Shown piece after piece: positions 26,970 through 36,680 of a DNA stretch of 64,000 nt. The notes beneath the pieces are model-generated. The model was given only the letters and a program-made list of their open reading frames with translations, had not been told where the DNA came from and did not search any database. The stretch comes from Thermoproteota archaeon (GTDB lineage: Archaea; Korarchaeota; Korarchaeia; Korarchaeales; JAOZGB01), in assembly GCA_037917685.1 (NCBI GenBank), contig JAVCBU010000012.1:160001-224000 (forward strand), read 5' to 3'. Numbering within the stretch: position 1 is the first letter of the stretch; the number at the start of each line of letters is the position of its first letter. The position numbers were made by a program, and so were the translations under genes.

Positions 26970-28882
26970 AAGGAGGATATATGGGAAGCATACTTAGAAT
27001 AGACCTGACGAGGGGTAAGATACTTAGGGAGAAGCTTGACAAAACTCTCGTTAGAAACTATATAGGTGGAAGCGGCTTCGCAGTTAGGATACTCTACAAC
27101 GAGGTCGCCCCTGAGACAGACCCGTTAAGCCCCGAAAACAAGCTTTTCATAGGTACAGGCCCGTTAACTGGGACATTATGGCCTTCAAGCGGCAGGTTTA
27201 TGTTTGCGGCTAAGTCTCCTCTCACCGGAATATGGGGTGAAAGCCATGTAGGAGGCCAGTTCGGGCCGGAGATAAAATACTGTGGTTATGACGCAATAAT
27301 TATAGAGGGCAGAGCATCAAAGCCTGTTTATATCTTACTATATGATGGAAATGTAGAAATCAGGGATGCAGGCCAGGTATGGGGCTTGAACACCCATGAC
27401 ACAACAGATGCATTGAAAGATATGGTAGGAAATAAGGATGCCGCTGTCGCATGTATCGGCCCTGCAGGCGAAAAAATGGTGAGGTATGCAAATATAATTG
27501 TAAGCTATGGAGATGCAGCTGGTAGAACGGGAATGGGAGCTGTGATGGGGTCCAAGAATTTAAAAGCAATAGTTGCAAAGGGATATCACAGTGTCAATGT
27601 TAACGACCCCGAGAGATTTATAGAGTTGGCTAAAGAGGCGCATAAAAGAATTAAAGATCACCCGCAGGCTCAGCAGCTTGGAAGATACGGTACACCACTA
27701 TTAGTCTCTGTGAAGCAAGCAATCGGTGAACTGCCGACTAAGAATCACTGGACAGGAGTTTTCAGCGAGTATGAGAAGATATGTGAAGAGACTATTTATA
27801 AGAACTACTTTGTAGCTAAAAAAGGATGCTTCGGATGTACAGTCACATGCAAAAAGTTTAACGATAGAGTACCGTCAGGCCCATACAAGGGTGTTGCCAC
27901 ACAGGGGCCTGAATATGAAACAATTATGGCATTCGGCTCTAACATATTAAACTCGAACTTTCCATTTATACTTCAATGCAACTTGCTGTGCAATCAGCTG
28001 GGGCTGGATACTATCTCAACAGGCGGTGTTATAGCTTACGTCATGGAACTATATGAAAATGGAATAATTAACGCTTCAGACTTAGACGGGGTGAAGGCTG
28101 AATGGGGAAACGAGGAGGCCGTGCTAACATTGCTCGAGAAGATCGCGAAGAGGGATGGAATTGGAGATAAGCTTGCAATGGGTGTAAGATGGCTTTCAGA
28201 GGAATACTGGAAGGGAACAGAGAAGTATGCTATGCACGTAAAGGGCCTCGAAGTTTCAGGTCAAGATGGCAGAACCCATAGATCTATAGGGTTAAGCCAT
28301 GCAACAGCTGCGAGAGGGGCTGACCATTTAAGAAGTCTTGTCACGATAGACCAGCTGGGATATGAGGAGGTTGCAGCTGAAAGATTTGGAAAGGACAAAC
28401 TCCCAGATATATGCGACCCCAAATCTGAGACGTATAAAGCGTTGGCGGTTAAAGTTACCGAGGACGTGTACGCTCTTAGAGATGCTTTAATAGTCTGTTG
28501 GTATACTGTAAGCTGGCCTCCGATATTCTGGGTTGAGGATTTCGCTAAAATATTGCCTGCGGCTACCGGATTAGAAGAGTTTGGAAGCATTGAAGAGCTG
28601 ATGCTGATTGGTGAGAGACAGGTAAATATGAAAAGAGCCTTTAATGTGAGGCTTGGCGTTACAAGAGAGGATGACACGCTCCCGGAGAGATTTACCAAGG
28701 AACCGATGCCCGAGGGCCCTGGGAAGGGAGAAACAGTAAACCTTGATAAGATGCTAAATGAGTACTATGAACTCAGGGGATGGGATTTGGAAACCGGGCT
28801 AGTAAAGGGGGAAACTCTTAGGAGGCTGGGTCTAACCGACGTATTAGAAGACCTAAGGAGTAGAAGTCTTATTCCAGGGTGA
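26966..28882 (+). CDS. aor: Tungsten aldehyde:ferredoxin oxidoreductase family protein (WOR #2)
   Basis: KSPLTG, GRTGMGAVMGSKNLKAI, CFGCTVTC, GPEYET, GLDTIS, RGADH, YYELRGW. Confidence 0.95.
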   Translation: MKGGYMGSILRIDLTRGKILREKLDKTLVRNYIGGSGFAVRILYNEVAPETDPLSPENKLFIGTGPLTGTLWPSSGRFMFAAKSPLTGIWGESHVGGQFGPEIKYCGYDAIIIEGRASKPVYILLYDGNVEIRDAGQVWGLNTHDTTDALKDMVGNKDAAVACIGPAGEKMVRYANIIVSYGDAAGRTGMGAVMGSKNLKAIVAKGYHSVNVNDPERFIELAKEAHKRIKDHPQAQQLGRYGTPLLVSVKQAIGELPTKNHWTGVFSEYEKICEETIYKNYFVAKKGCFGCTVTCKKFNDRVPSGPYKGVATQGPEYETIMAFGSNILNSNFPFILQCNLLCNQLGLDTISTGGVIAYVMELYENGIINASDLDGVKAEWGNEEAVLTLLEKIAKRDGIGDKLAMGVRWLSEEYWKGTEKYAMHVKGLEVSGQDGRTHRSIGLSHATAARGADHLRSLVTIDQLGYEEVAAERFGKDKLPDICDPKSETYKALAVKVTEDVYALRDALIVCWYTVSWPPIFWVEDFAKILPAATGLEEFGSIEELMLIGERQVNMKRAFNVRLGVTREDDTLPERFTKEPMPEGPGKGETVNLDKMLNEYYELRGWDLETGLVKGETLRRLGLTDVLEDLRSRSLIPG

Positions 28883-30798
28883 TAAATGTGGAGTATTTCG
28901 GTTATGCCGGAAACATCCTATATGTAGACCTTGAAAGAGGAAAAACATTCTCGAAACCTTTAGACCTTGATTTTGCAAGGCAATATTTAGGTGGAACAGG
29001 ATTCTGCGCCAGGATGCTCTATGACATGATTAAACCAGGTATAGACCCGTTAAGCCCCGCGAACGTACTCATGTTTGCCACAGGCCCGTTAACGGGAACA
29101 CTATTCCCGCAAGCCTCAAGATACACAGTCGCAGGTAAATCACCGCTGACCGGAATTTGGGGCGAGTCACACGCCGCCGGGCACTGGGCTCCTGAGCTAA
29201 AGTTTGCCGGGTTCGATGCAATAGTAATAACTGGGAGATCTAGGAAACCTGTATATCTATATATTACTGACGACATGGCCGAACTTAGAGATGCAAGCCA
29301 CATATGGGGTAAAACCACAATAGACGCCGACCTAATTGTCAGAGAGGAAAATGGTGACATGGAGATAAAAACAGCAACAATAGGGCCTGCCGGGGAGAAC
29401 CTTGTAAGATACGCTGCCATACTAACCGACGATAGCAGAGTCGCGGCCAGAAGCGGCATGGGAGCAATAATGGGATCCAAAAAGCTTAAGCTAATAGCTA
29501 TAAGAGGTACAAAGCCCATAAAGATACGAAAACCAGATGAATACCTATCTTATGTTAAAGAGTGGCATGAAAGAATGCTCAAAAACCCATTCACCCCTTC
29601 AAGGATCAAGTACGGAACTACAAACCTTATAGAGCTGATGAACACCATAGGAAGACTTCCAACCTACAATTTTAGACAAGGGGTTTTCGAGGAGTATGAA
29701 AAGATAAGTGGGGAGACATTACGAGAGAAATATTTTGTTAGAACTAGAGCTGACTTTGCATGTCTACAGAGATGCGGAAGATACGTAAGAGTACTGTCAG
29801 GCCCATATAAGTGCTATTGTAAGGCTCCAGAGTTTGAGTGTATGTGTAGCCTTGGATCAAGATGTGGAAATTCAAATCTTGAATCGATAATATATGCACA
29901 TCACCTCTGTAACTTGTACGGAATGGATACGGTGTCGACTGGAGGCTCCATCTCCTGGGCGATGGAGTGCTACGAAGAGGGTTTGATAACTAAAGAAGAT
30001 ACCGGTGGGATAGACCTAACATGGGGAAACCATGAGGCTATTGTTCAGCTTATTGAGATGATAGCTTATAGAAAGGGATTCGGCGACGTTCTGGCTGAGG
30101 GAAGCTGGAGGGCATCAAGAATTATAGGAAGGGGTACAGAGAAATACGTTATGGCTGTTAAAAGACAGGAGATAGCTGCTCAGGATGGAAGAGCCCAGAA
30201 GTCTATGGGTCTCGCTTCGGCAACAGCCGCAAGGGGCGCCGACCATCTATATGCTTTCCCAGTGCTGGATGAGATAGGTTTCGACGTTGAAATAAGAAAG
30301 AGATATGGTGACCAGTACCTGCCAGAGATGGCGGATAGACTCAACCCCAAATATAAGGGAATCATGGTGAAGCTGAATGAGGACTACTGTGCCGTAGTGG
30401 AGTCCGTTGGAGTCTGCAAATACGGAACCTTGATACCACCAGAATTTTACTATGAGGACATAGCCAAGGCCCTAGAGCTGACTACAGGTTTCGAGTTTAC
30501 GGTTGAACAGTTGAAGCTTATCGGTGAGAGGATTGTTAATCTTCATAGAATGTTCAACGTTAGAGAGGGAATTGACAGGAGGGATGATACACTACCATGG
30601 CGTCTTACAGAGGTACCGTCGCCTAAAGGCCCGTCCAAGGGACAGGTGGTGGAGCTTGATAAAATGCTGACGGAATACTACACTCAGAGGGGATGGGATC
30701 TTAAGACAGGTTTACCAACGAGAAAGAAGCTCATGGAGCTAGGCTTAGAATTTACGATTAAAGACTTAGACTCACACCTGTCAAGGATTAAGTCCTAG
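28879..30798 (+). CDS. aor: Tungsten aldehyde:ferredoxin oxidoreductase family protein (WOR #3)
   Basis: KSPLTG, ARSGMGAIMGSKKLK, DFACLQRC (first Fe-S Cys replaced by Asp), APEFE, GMDTVS, RGADH. Confidence 0.93.
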   Translation: MINVEYFGYAGNILYVDLERGKTFSKPLDLDFARQYLGGTGFCARMLYDMIKPGIDPLSPANVLMFATGPLTGTLFPQASRYTVAGKSPLTGIWGESHAAGHWAPELKFAGFDAIVITGRSRKPVYLYITDDMAELRDASHIWGKTTIDADLIVREENGDMEIKTATIGPAGENLVRYAAILTDDSRVAARSGMGAIMGSKKLKLIAIRGTKPIKIRKPDEYLSYVKEWHERMLKNPFTPSRIKYGTTNLIELMNTIGRLPTYNFRQGVFEEYEKISGETLREKYFVRTRADFACLQRCGRYVRVLSGPYKCYCKAPEFECMCSLGSRCGNSNLESIIYAHHLCNLYGMDTVSTGGSISWAMECYEEGLITKEDTGGIDLTWGNHEAIVQLIEMIAYRKGFGDVLAEGSWRASRIIGRGTEKYVMAVKRQEIAAQDGRAQKSMGLASATAARGADHLYAFPVLDEIGFDVEIRKRYGDQYLPEMADRLNPKYKGIMVKLNEDYCAVVESVGVCKYGTLIPPEFYYEDIAKALELTTGFEFTVEQLKLIGERIVNLHRMFNVREGIDRRDDTLPWRLTEVPSPKGPSKGQVVELDKMLTEYYTQRGWDLKTGLPTRKKLMELGLEFTIKDLDSHLSRIKS

Positions 30799-31284
30799 TG
30801 CTACAGCCTCGCCCGACTTTAAGGTTTCTTTAACCTTATCAGCGATGCGTCTAGCCTTTATTCTCCCCGTCTCAGCCGGAGATACGTAAATCACCGCACC
30901 TGTAGGGCAGAACTGCGCGCAGAGAGGATAGCCCTTGCAAAGGTCGCATTTGACGGCAACCTTTCTTTCCCTGTCGAAGGATATAGCCCCGAAGGGGCAT
31001 GCCTGGATACATTTTTTGCAGCCTATACATTTAGAATCGTCGAGTTTTACAATCCCTGTCGAATGATCTCTAGATATCGCCTGAGTTGGGCATACAGCTG
31101 CACAGTATGGGTTTGAACAGTTAACACACACCACAGGGACACTTAAACCTATATGGTACCAGTTTACCACTTTTATTCTGGACTCTGAGGGTTGAATGCT
31201 CCCTGTCTTCCCAAATGAGCATACAGCTTCGCATATTCGGCAGCCCGAGCACAACTCAGGCTCGACGTACAGGATCCTGTGCAT
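30781..31284 (-). CDS. 4x[4Fe-4S] electron-transfer subunit (AorA-like)
   Basis: CSGCRICEAVC, CVNCSNPYC, CIGCKKCIQACP, KCDLC. Confidence 0.9.
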   Translation of the reverse strand: MHRILYVEPELCSGCRICEAVCSFGKTGSIQPSESRIKVVNWYHIGLSVPVVCVNCSNPYCAAVCPTQAISRDHSTGIVKLDDSKCIGCKKCIQACPFGAISFDRERKVAVKCDLCKGYPLCAQFCPTGAVIYVSPAETGRIKARRIADKVKETLKSGEAVALGLNP

Positions 31285-31343
31285 TTCATGGCTTCATTAT
31301 TTGGGTATAGTTAAAAATCTCACGATTATATTCTACTACTTGA

Positions 31344-32708
31344 ATGGATGTAGTACTGTACGATGGTGTCTCCACTGTAGGCGGATGTAAATTCATGGTC
31401 CGAACGAGACAGACATCAATATTCCTAGATTTTGGAAGAAACTATTCCAGAGAATCGTCGTACTTCCTAGAGCCGATAATGAGTGCACGAGACTACAAGA
31501 TACTGATAGATCTGGGTATAATCCCTGAGGTTGAAGGATTGTACAAGGGGGCTGAACAGAGACCGTCGGTTGACGGTATTTTTATAAGCCATGCACACTC
31601 AGATCATTACGGCTATATTAGATATATCAAAGACGATATTCCCGTATACCTTGGAGAGACCGCGTTGAATCTTATAATGGCGAGAGAGGCGGCTTCACAC
31701 CCACCTAGGGCTGAATACGCAATTTCCCGATTTACAAATGGGAAAGTTATGCCCTTAAAGAATTTTAAGGGTTTTAGAACAGGTTCCCAACTTAAAGTAG
31801 GTGACTTAACCGTAAAGCCGGTCCATGTTGACCATTCCGTTCCCGGATCCTACGGCTTTATCATCGACGACGGAGAGTCCACATTGGTTTATACAGGTGA
31901 TTTCAGGCTTCATGGGGCTGTGTCAGACTTGACGTTGGATTTTATAAGGGAAGCCGCAAGATCCAAGCCCGATCTGATGTTGGTTGAATCGACACATATC
32001 ACGGAATGTAAGCTTGGAAGTGAGCACGAGGTAAGATCGAAGCTGGGTAAAATATTTGAAAGCACTAAGGGTTTAGTTGCAGTAGGTATCGGCGAGCTTG
32101 ATTTAGATCGGTTAAAATCAATATTCAAATCTGCGTCAAAAACTGGTAGGGAACTAGTGATCCCGCTTAGAACAGCTTTTATAATCAATGTTGTATCTTC
32201 GGATCCCAAGTTGAGAATGCCACATATGGAGGATGTTAAAGTATATGTTAAGGAGAAGAGAAGGTACCGTCAGTTTGAAAAGTTTCTCCTGGGCGAACTT
32301 GAAGATAAGGGATTAGAACCTGTCTCAACAGAGTATATCAGTAAGAACCAGAAGTCAACCGTTATGGTAGCGAACTATTACCATATGGAAGAACTTGCGA
32401 GAATTAAACCTATGAGTGGTAGCGTATACATACTTTCGTCCACGGAACCATTTAATGAGGAAAGTGAAATGAGATATGAGAGACTTCAGGAATGGTTAAG
32501 GTTCCTTGGGCTTCCGATGTACCTGTTACACGCTTCAGGACATGCTGATGCTTTAGACATAAGGTACTTAGTTGAAAGCGTGAAGCCAAGAGCTGTGGTT
32601 CCGGTTCATACCGAGGATGGCGGGGTATTTCGGAAATTTGTTAATATCGAAGGGATTCAAGTTAGATGTGTGAAGGAGGGAGAAACTATCTCTACACTAA
32701 GTATGTGA
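31344..32708 (+). CDS. Metallo-beta-lactamase / beta-CASP ribonuclease (RNase J-like)
   Basis: LDFG, SHAHSDH, VDHSVPG, YTGDFRLHG, HASGHA, PVHTE. Confidence 0.85.
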   Translation: MDVVLYDGVSTVGGCKFMVRTRQTSIFLDFGRNYSRESSYFLEPIMSARDYKILIDLGIIPEVEGLYKGAEQRPSVDGIFISHAHSDHYGYIRYIKDDIPVYLGETALNLIMAREAASHPPRAEYAISRFTNGKVMPLKNFKGFRTGSQLKVGDLTVKPVHVDHSVPGSYGFIIDDGESTLVYTGDFRLHGAVSDLTLDFIREAARSKPDLMLVESTHITECKLGSEHEVRSKLGKIFESTKGLVAVGIGELDLDRLKSIFKSASKTGRELVIPLRTAFIINVVSSDPKLRMPHMEDVKVYVKEKRRYRQFEKFLLGELEDKGLEPVSTEYISKNQKSTVMVANYYHMEELARIKPMSGSVYILSSTEPFNEESEMRYERLQEWLRFLGLPMYLLHASGHADALDIRYLVESVKPRAVVPVHTEDGGVFRKFVNIEGIQVRCVKEGETISTLSM

Positions 32709-33201
32709 ATGGTACGTGTTTCTCCCCTTTAGACACCCATTTCGTCATTAAGTATGCGTCTTCTCCGTCCATGTAGTATTTCGAGATTCTCTTTGTTATT
32801 TCAAAACCCATCTTCTCGTACAGGTTGATCGCCGGCTTATTTGAAACCCGTACCTCGAGGTAAAAGCCGTCAACCTTGTCTGCAAGGTTTTTTATTACCC
32901 CTTTAATTAGGGCGGTACCGACGCCTTTCCTCCTGTATCTCTCGTCTACAGCGATGGAGACTATATGTGCCCATTTTATCTTCTTGAAAAGGCTATAAGA
33001 GACTTCTAGCCTACACATAATATACCCTATCACTTTGTCCTCGACTATGGCAACTAGAAACCCATCTGGACAATTGTTGTATAGGCTTCTAAAGAAATAT
33101 TCAGGGTAGTTCTCCGGTAAGAATACTTTGTTTATCCTCCTAACTGCGTCTAGGTCTTCTAATCTAAACTTTCTAATCGTGAATAGCTTCCCCTCCCCCA
33201 T
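32692..33201 (-). CDS. ard1: N-terminal acetyltransferase (Ard1/RimI family)
   Basis: LPENYP, HIVSIAV..RRKGVG, LEVRVSN..AI.LY, YYMDGEDA. Confidence 0.9.
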   Translation of the reverse strand: MGEGKLFTIRKFRLEDLDAVRRINKVFLPENYPEYFFRSLYNNCPDGFLVAIVEDKVIGYIMCRLEVSYSLFKKIKWAHIVSIAVDERYRRKGVGTALIKGVIKNLADKVDGFYLEVRVSNKPAINLYEKMGFEITKRISKYYMDGEDAYLMTKWVSKGEKHVPFTYLV

Positions 33202-33565
33202 CTCCTTCCTCCTTCTCTAAGGTGAGGGCTACTCCTGTAGCTATGGTTTTAGCCTCTAAAAGCCCCCCCTCTACTCTTCCAATAGGAGACATAGGAAATG
33301 ATGGGTTCATATCTGTTAGTGCTACTATTAGTGCTCTAGACATAGGAGAATATGCTACATGGCCCTCCGGAAGTTTTTTGGCCTCTTTCTCTAAGCCGAT
33401 TTCCAGGTCTACCGGAACTTGAAGGAATTTACTTGTTTTTATGGCCATAGTTTTGATGGGTGTCAGCCTAAGAAGTCTTGACACTGTTAAGGGTGATGAT
33501 GCCTTATCTAACTTTACGATTATCTTCTTCCCTGTAGCATCTACTATTTTTATCCTTCCACACAT
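33173..33565 (-). CDS. Cyclophilin-like fold protein
   Basis: SPLTV..L...P, GLEK, G.VAY.P, P..PIG.V pattern. Confidence 0.6.
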   Translation of the reverse strand: MCGRIKIVDATGKKIIVKLDKASSPLTVSRLLRLTPIKTMAIKTSKFLQVPVDLEIGLEKEAKKLPEGHVAYSPMSRALIVALTDMNPSFPMSPIGRVEGGLLEAKTIATGVALTLEKEEGDGGGEAIHD

Positions 33566-33583
33566 TGTGATCCCCTGATCCTT

Positions 33584-33808
33584 TCAGCTTATCCTACAGT
33601 ATATTTTCTGCTTTGAGTCTCCCATAACAAATTTGATCTTGCCTTCCCGCTCCATGAGTCTTAGGATGATTTTAGCAAGGCTAACCTTGATACCGTGTCT
33701 TGAAGCTATTTCTGAGGGTGTTATTACTTTAGCTTTCTCAAGATCTTTTTTAATTTTTTCAAGGAACTCTTTGTCAACTCTTGCTTCTATATAACTCCAA
33801 TCCATCAT
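33584..33808 (-). CDS. rps25e: 30S ribosomal protein S25e
   Basis: KVITPSEIASRHGIKVSLAKIILR.MEREGKI...KIY winged-helix signature; lacks the basic N-terminal tail. Confidence 0.85.
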   Translation of the reverse strand: MMDWSYIEARVDKEFLEKIKKDLEKAKVITPSEIASRHGIKVSLAKIILRLMEREGKIKFVMGDSKQKIYCRIS

Positions 33809-34743
33809 TACATCCCTAGCTGCTTCCTTAGCTCCATGAGTTGTCTCTCTATTTCTTTAAATCTTTCCTTATACTCCATCTCTATCATTTTTTTCTTTCT
33901 TTGAAGCAGCTTAATCTTTGCAGCTGCTATTATCTTATCTATATTTGAAATATCCTCCCTTATCATTGATAATATCTTGTCTTTAAGTGTATCGCAAATA
34001 TAGCCTTTCTCCTTGTCCTCGCTAACTTTAGAAGAAATGCTTAAAAGCTGGTTTTTAAGGTTGTCAAGATATGAAATCTCTGCTTCGGTCAGTTCTGGCA
34101 TCTCAAACACCCCAGGTTCAATGGATGGGGATACTAAGGGTTTTGTCTCCAGTTTCGGGGCCTCCCCAGGTTTGAACTCTTCTTCTAAGGGTTTGGAAGT
34201 CGGTATTTCAAGAGGTAGGCGTTCCTCTGGTGGTTTTTCCGGGAGGGGACGAGGCTCTTCTGGTGGTTTTTCCGGGAGGGGACGAGGCTCTTCTGGTGGT
34301 TTTTCTTCCATTGCTGGTTTTTCTGCGGCTCTCAGAGCCATTTCAAGCCTTTTCTCAAGATCTTGGACATCGGTGGTAGGGGGTTTTGTTTTTTCTTCTA
34401 TTTTTTCCCTAATCCAGAATGGGAGTTCTTCCTCCTCCTCTTTCTCAGGTTCCTCCTGGGGTGGCAATGCGGACACCTCAAAACTTTCCACTGGCTTAGG
34501 AGGTGGAGCCTCCTCTACTTTCCCGGACGGCTTAGGTAAGGCCTCTTCCAGTCCGGGGATTTCGAAAGATTCAGGTTGTTTTCTACCTTTAATAAGTACT
34601 ACTATAACTGTAGAAGCGAGGGCAATTATTATTACAGTGAGTAGAAATATTTCAGGCACATTTAATGGTGGAGGGAGTACGCTTACTAACCTATTTAGGA
34701 ATTGTAATATGTTTGATATAAACCGTGGGAGGTATCCGTACAA
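33808..34743 (-). CDS. Membrane-anchored protein with Pro/Glu-rich linker and C-terminal coiled coil
   Basis: One TM helix (IFLLTVIIIALASTVIVVLI), long P/E/K-rich region, heptad-rich C-terminus. Confidence 0.7.
   Translation of the reverse strand: MYGYLPRFISNILQFLNRLVSVLPPPLNVPEIFLLTVIIIALASTVIVVLIKGRKQPESFEIPGLEEALPKPSGKVEEAPPPKPVESFEVSALPPQEEPEKEEEEELPFWIREKIEEKTKPPTTDVQDLEKRLEMALRAAEKPAMEEKPPEEPRPLPEKPPEEPRPLPEKPPEERLPLEIPTSKPLEEEFKPGEAPKLETKPLVSPSIEPGVFEMPELTEAEISYLDNLKNQLLSISSKVSEDKEKGYICDTLKDKILSMIREDISNIDKIIAAAKIKLLQRKKKMIEMEYKERFKEIERQLMELRKQLGM
34226..34305. repeat. 33-bp in-frame tandem repeat x2.4 (encodes EKPPEEPRPLP)
   Basis: tctggtggtttttccgggaggggacgaggctct at 34226 and 34259, partial copy at 34292. 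Confidence 0.9.
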
Positions 34744-34746
34744 GTT

Positions 34747-35487
34747 TTATCCCTCAAGACTTAGATTGACTATTCGAACTAATAAAGCTATCGTAAGATC
34801 CCCGTAGAGCAAGGATAAAATTAGACCGAATGTTAGGAATACTATAAAGGGTATGCCTGGGGTAACCCATACATAGTCATTTTCAAAGTTTTCCTTTCTT
34901 TCGATGTAAGATTCGATCTTTGGGAGGAAAACAAACTTTCTAGCACCATTCAACTTTTTCTCCATAATCGCATGAAACCTTATTGTTCCGACTTTAGAGG
35001 GTTTAACAGGCCTCCCGATAAGAACAGCGATAATTTTTCTATGGAAGGGCTCGTCAAATCCATGAAATATCGGTTTTCCCTTTATAATTAAGGATGAATT
35101 GTGGATTAGGTTGAAAATTGGAAGGGAAAGAGATAAGATATTAGCGTTTATGAAAACTGTTAAAGGAAAAGAAACTAACACTGGATTCCTAGTCGGAAAG
35201 GGGGGGTATGGTAATAGTAAGGAGAGCGACAGTAGGGCTTTAATGTCTGCACCCCCATAGAGGCCTAGAAACCATAAGATTCCTGATAAAATAAGAGTAG
35301 GTAAGATAGCCATTGCGGCGAAGATGTAAGTTTCGTATTTAAACGTTTCATATGCTGTCATTAAAACTCCGCTGGAGATCATAGCTATCCAGATTCTGTT
35401 GTCAATCATTCTAGTTTTATAGTCTTGAATTGAAGCAGCGGAGAGTCCGATAAATGAGATGAGAACTTTAAATAGGCCTGTTCTCAT
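34747..35487 (-). CDS. pibD: Prepilin/prearchaellin peptidase (A24, FlaK/PibD)
   Basis: QDYKTRMI and GGADIK catalytic aspartates; C-terminal VWVTPGIPF. Confidence 0.88.
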   Translation of the reverse strand: MRTGLFKVLISFIGLSAASIQDYKTRMIDNRIWIAMISSGVLMTAYETFKYETYIFAAMAILPTLILSGILWFLGLYGGADIKALLSLSLLLPYPPFPTRNPVLVSFPLTVFINANILSLSLPIFNLIHNSSLIIKGKPIFHGFDEPFHRKIIAVLIGRPVKPSKVGTIRFHAIMEKKLNGARKFVFLPKIESYIERKENFENDYVWVTPGIPFIVFLTFGLILSLLYGDLTIALLVRIVNLSLEG

Positions 35488-36625
35488 TTATGGCACCTCT
35501 TAGTCTCATATTAATTTCACGTTGAATCCTCTCAAACTCTGCCTTGATCGTCTCTAATTCGTTCTTGACACTATCTCTCCTCTCTTCTAGGGTTCTGACT
35601 TCGTTGATAAGGTTTGAAAGCTCGGATAGTAATTTCTGCTTCCTGGAATTGAGATCTTTTACTTCTTTCGCTAATTCTTCCTTGTTTTCTCTTAATTTCT
35701 CAGTTTCTTTTTCAAGCCTTCTTTTTTCTTTTTCGTAATTTTTAATCTCCATAGATTTAGCCGTAATCATTTTCTCTTTTTCTGATAATTCTAACTCTTT
35801 AGATTTGAGTTTATCAGCTCTTTCCACTATATCTTTAACCACCCTGCTTAACTGCCCTGTTTCCCTCTCTAGTATGTCGATGAATGATTTAAGTTTGGAT
35901 ACAAGTTCATCCTGCCTTTTCACGGCTGTCAAATACCTTTCAAACCTATCTCCGATTGTTCTAAACATGTTTGAAGCAGAGCTTGAAGCTATATTTATGT
36001 CTTCTACAAGTTTTCCTATCCTCTCTGTGAGCAGGTTCAGTTCTTTTGACGTTGTAGTTTTCTCCGATTTTAGTTCATCGAGTTCTATTTTAAGTCTCTC
36101 TACTTCAGCTGCTAGTTTAGACCTCTCCTCTGAGAGCTGGGATATATTGCTTCTTAGGATTTTAAGTGTTTCCTCTGAGGACTGGATATCTGACCGCAGA
36201 GATTTAAGATTTCTTTCTAGTGTCCGCTTTTCCTTCTTGAGAGCGAGAATTGACTTGTTGTAGGTGTCAACAGTCTCGGATAGCCTTTCCTTATCCTCCT
36301 GCAATATTGAAACCTGGTTCTTGAGCTTTTCAAGCTGTACGTCGAGTTTCTTATACTCTCTCTCCAGTTCCCCTTTCTTAGTTTTAAGCTCGGATGTTTG
36401 TTTTTTAAGGGTGGAAAGCTCTTTCCTCGTTCTTTCCACTTCTTTATTAAGACTTTTTAGTTTCGCATCCGCTTCATCTATCCGACTTAGGAGTTCATCC
36501 CTTTTTCGCCTTAGCATGTCTATGTCCTCGATTATCTTCGATTTAACCAAGGAGGCTGTTTCTTTAAGCTCTTTGAGAGACTCTTCAGCCAGTCTTCTAA
36601 TATTGTTGAGGTCAGAGGATGCCAA
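35468..36625 (-). CDS. Long all-coiled-coil protein (~385 aa)
   Basis: Continuous heptads, no ATPase motifs; TTG start at 36625 with GGTGA RBS (track extension to 36853 overlaps a divergent gene). Confidence 0.75.
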   Translation of the reverse strand: MASSDLNNIRRLAEESLKELKETASLVKSKIIEDIDMLRRKRDELLSRIDEADAKLKSLNKEVERTRKELSTLKKQTSELKTKKGELEREYKKLDVQLEKLKNQVSILQEDKERLSETVDTYNKSILALKKEKRTLERNLKSLRSDIQSSEETLKILRSNISQLSEERSKLAAEVERLKIELDELKSEKTTTSKELNLLTERIGKLVEDINIASSSASNMFRTIGDRFERYLTAVKRQDELVSKLKSFIDILERETGQLSRVVKDIVERADKLKSKELELSEKEKMITAKSMEIKNYEKEKRRLEKETEKLRENKEELAKEVKDLNSRKQKLLSELSNLINEVRTLEERRDSVKNELETIKAEFERIQREINMRLRGAINENRPI

Positions 36626-36680
36626 GATAGTCTCACCGGAGTTATATTTGAAAACTTTACCCTCCCCAATTATAAATAAT

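Noticed and set aside
34226-34305. 33-bp tandem repeat as a possible CRISPR array
   Set aside because: No spacers; in-frame coding repeat in a Pro-rich linker. No CRISPR array or cas gene was seen anywhere in the window.
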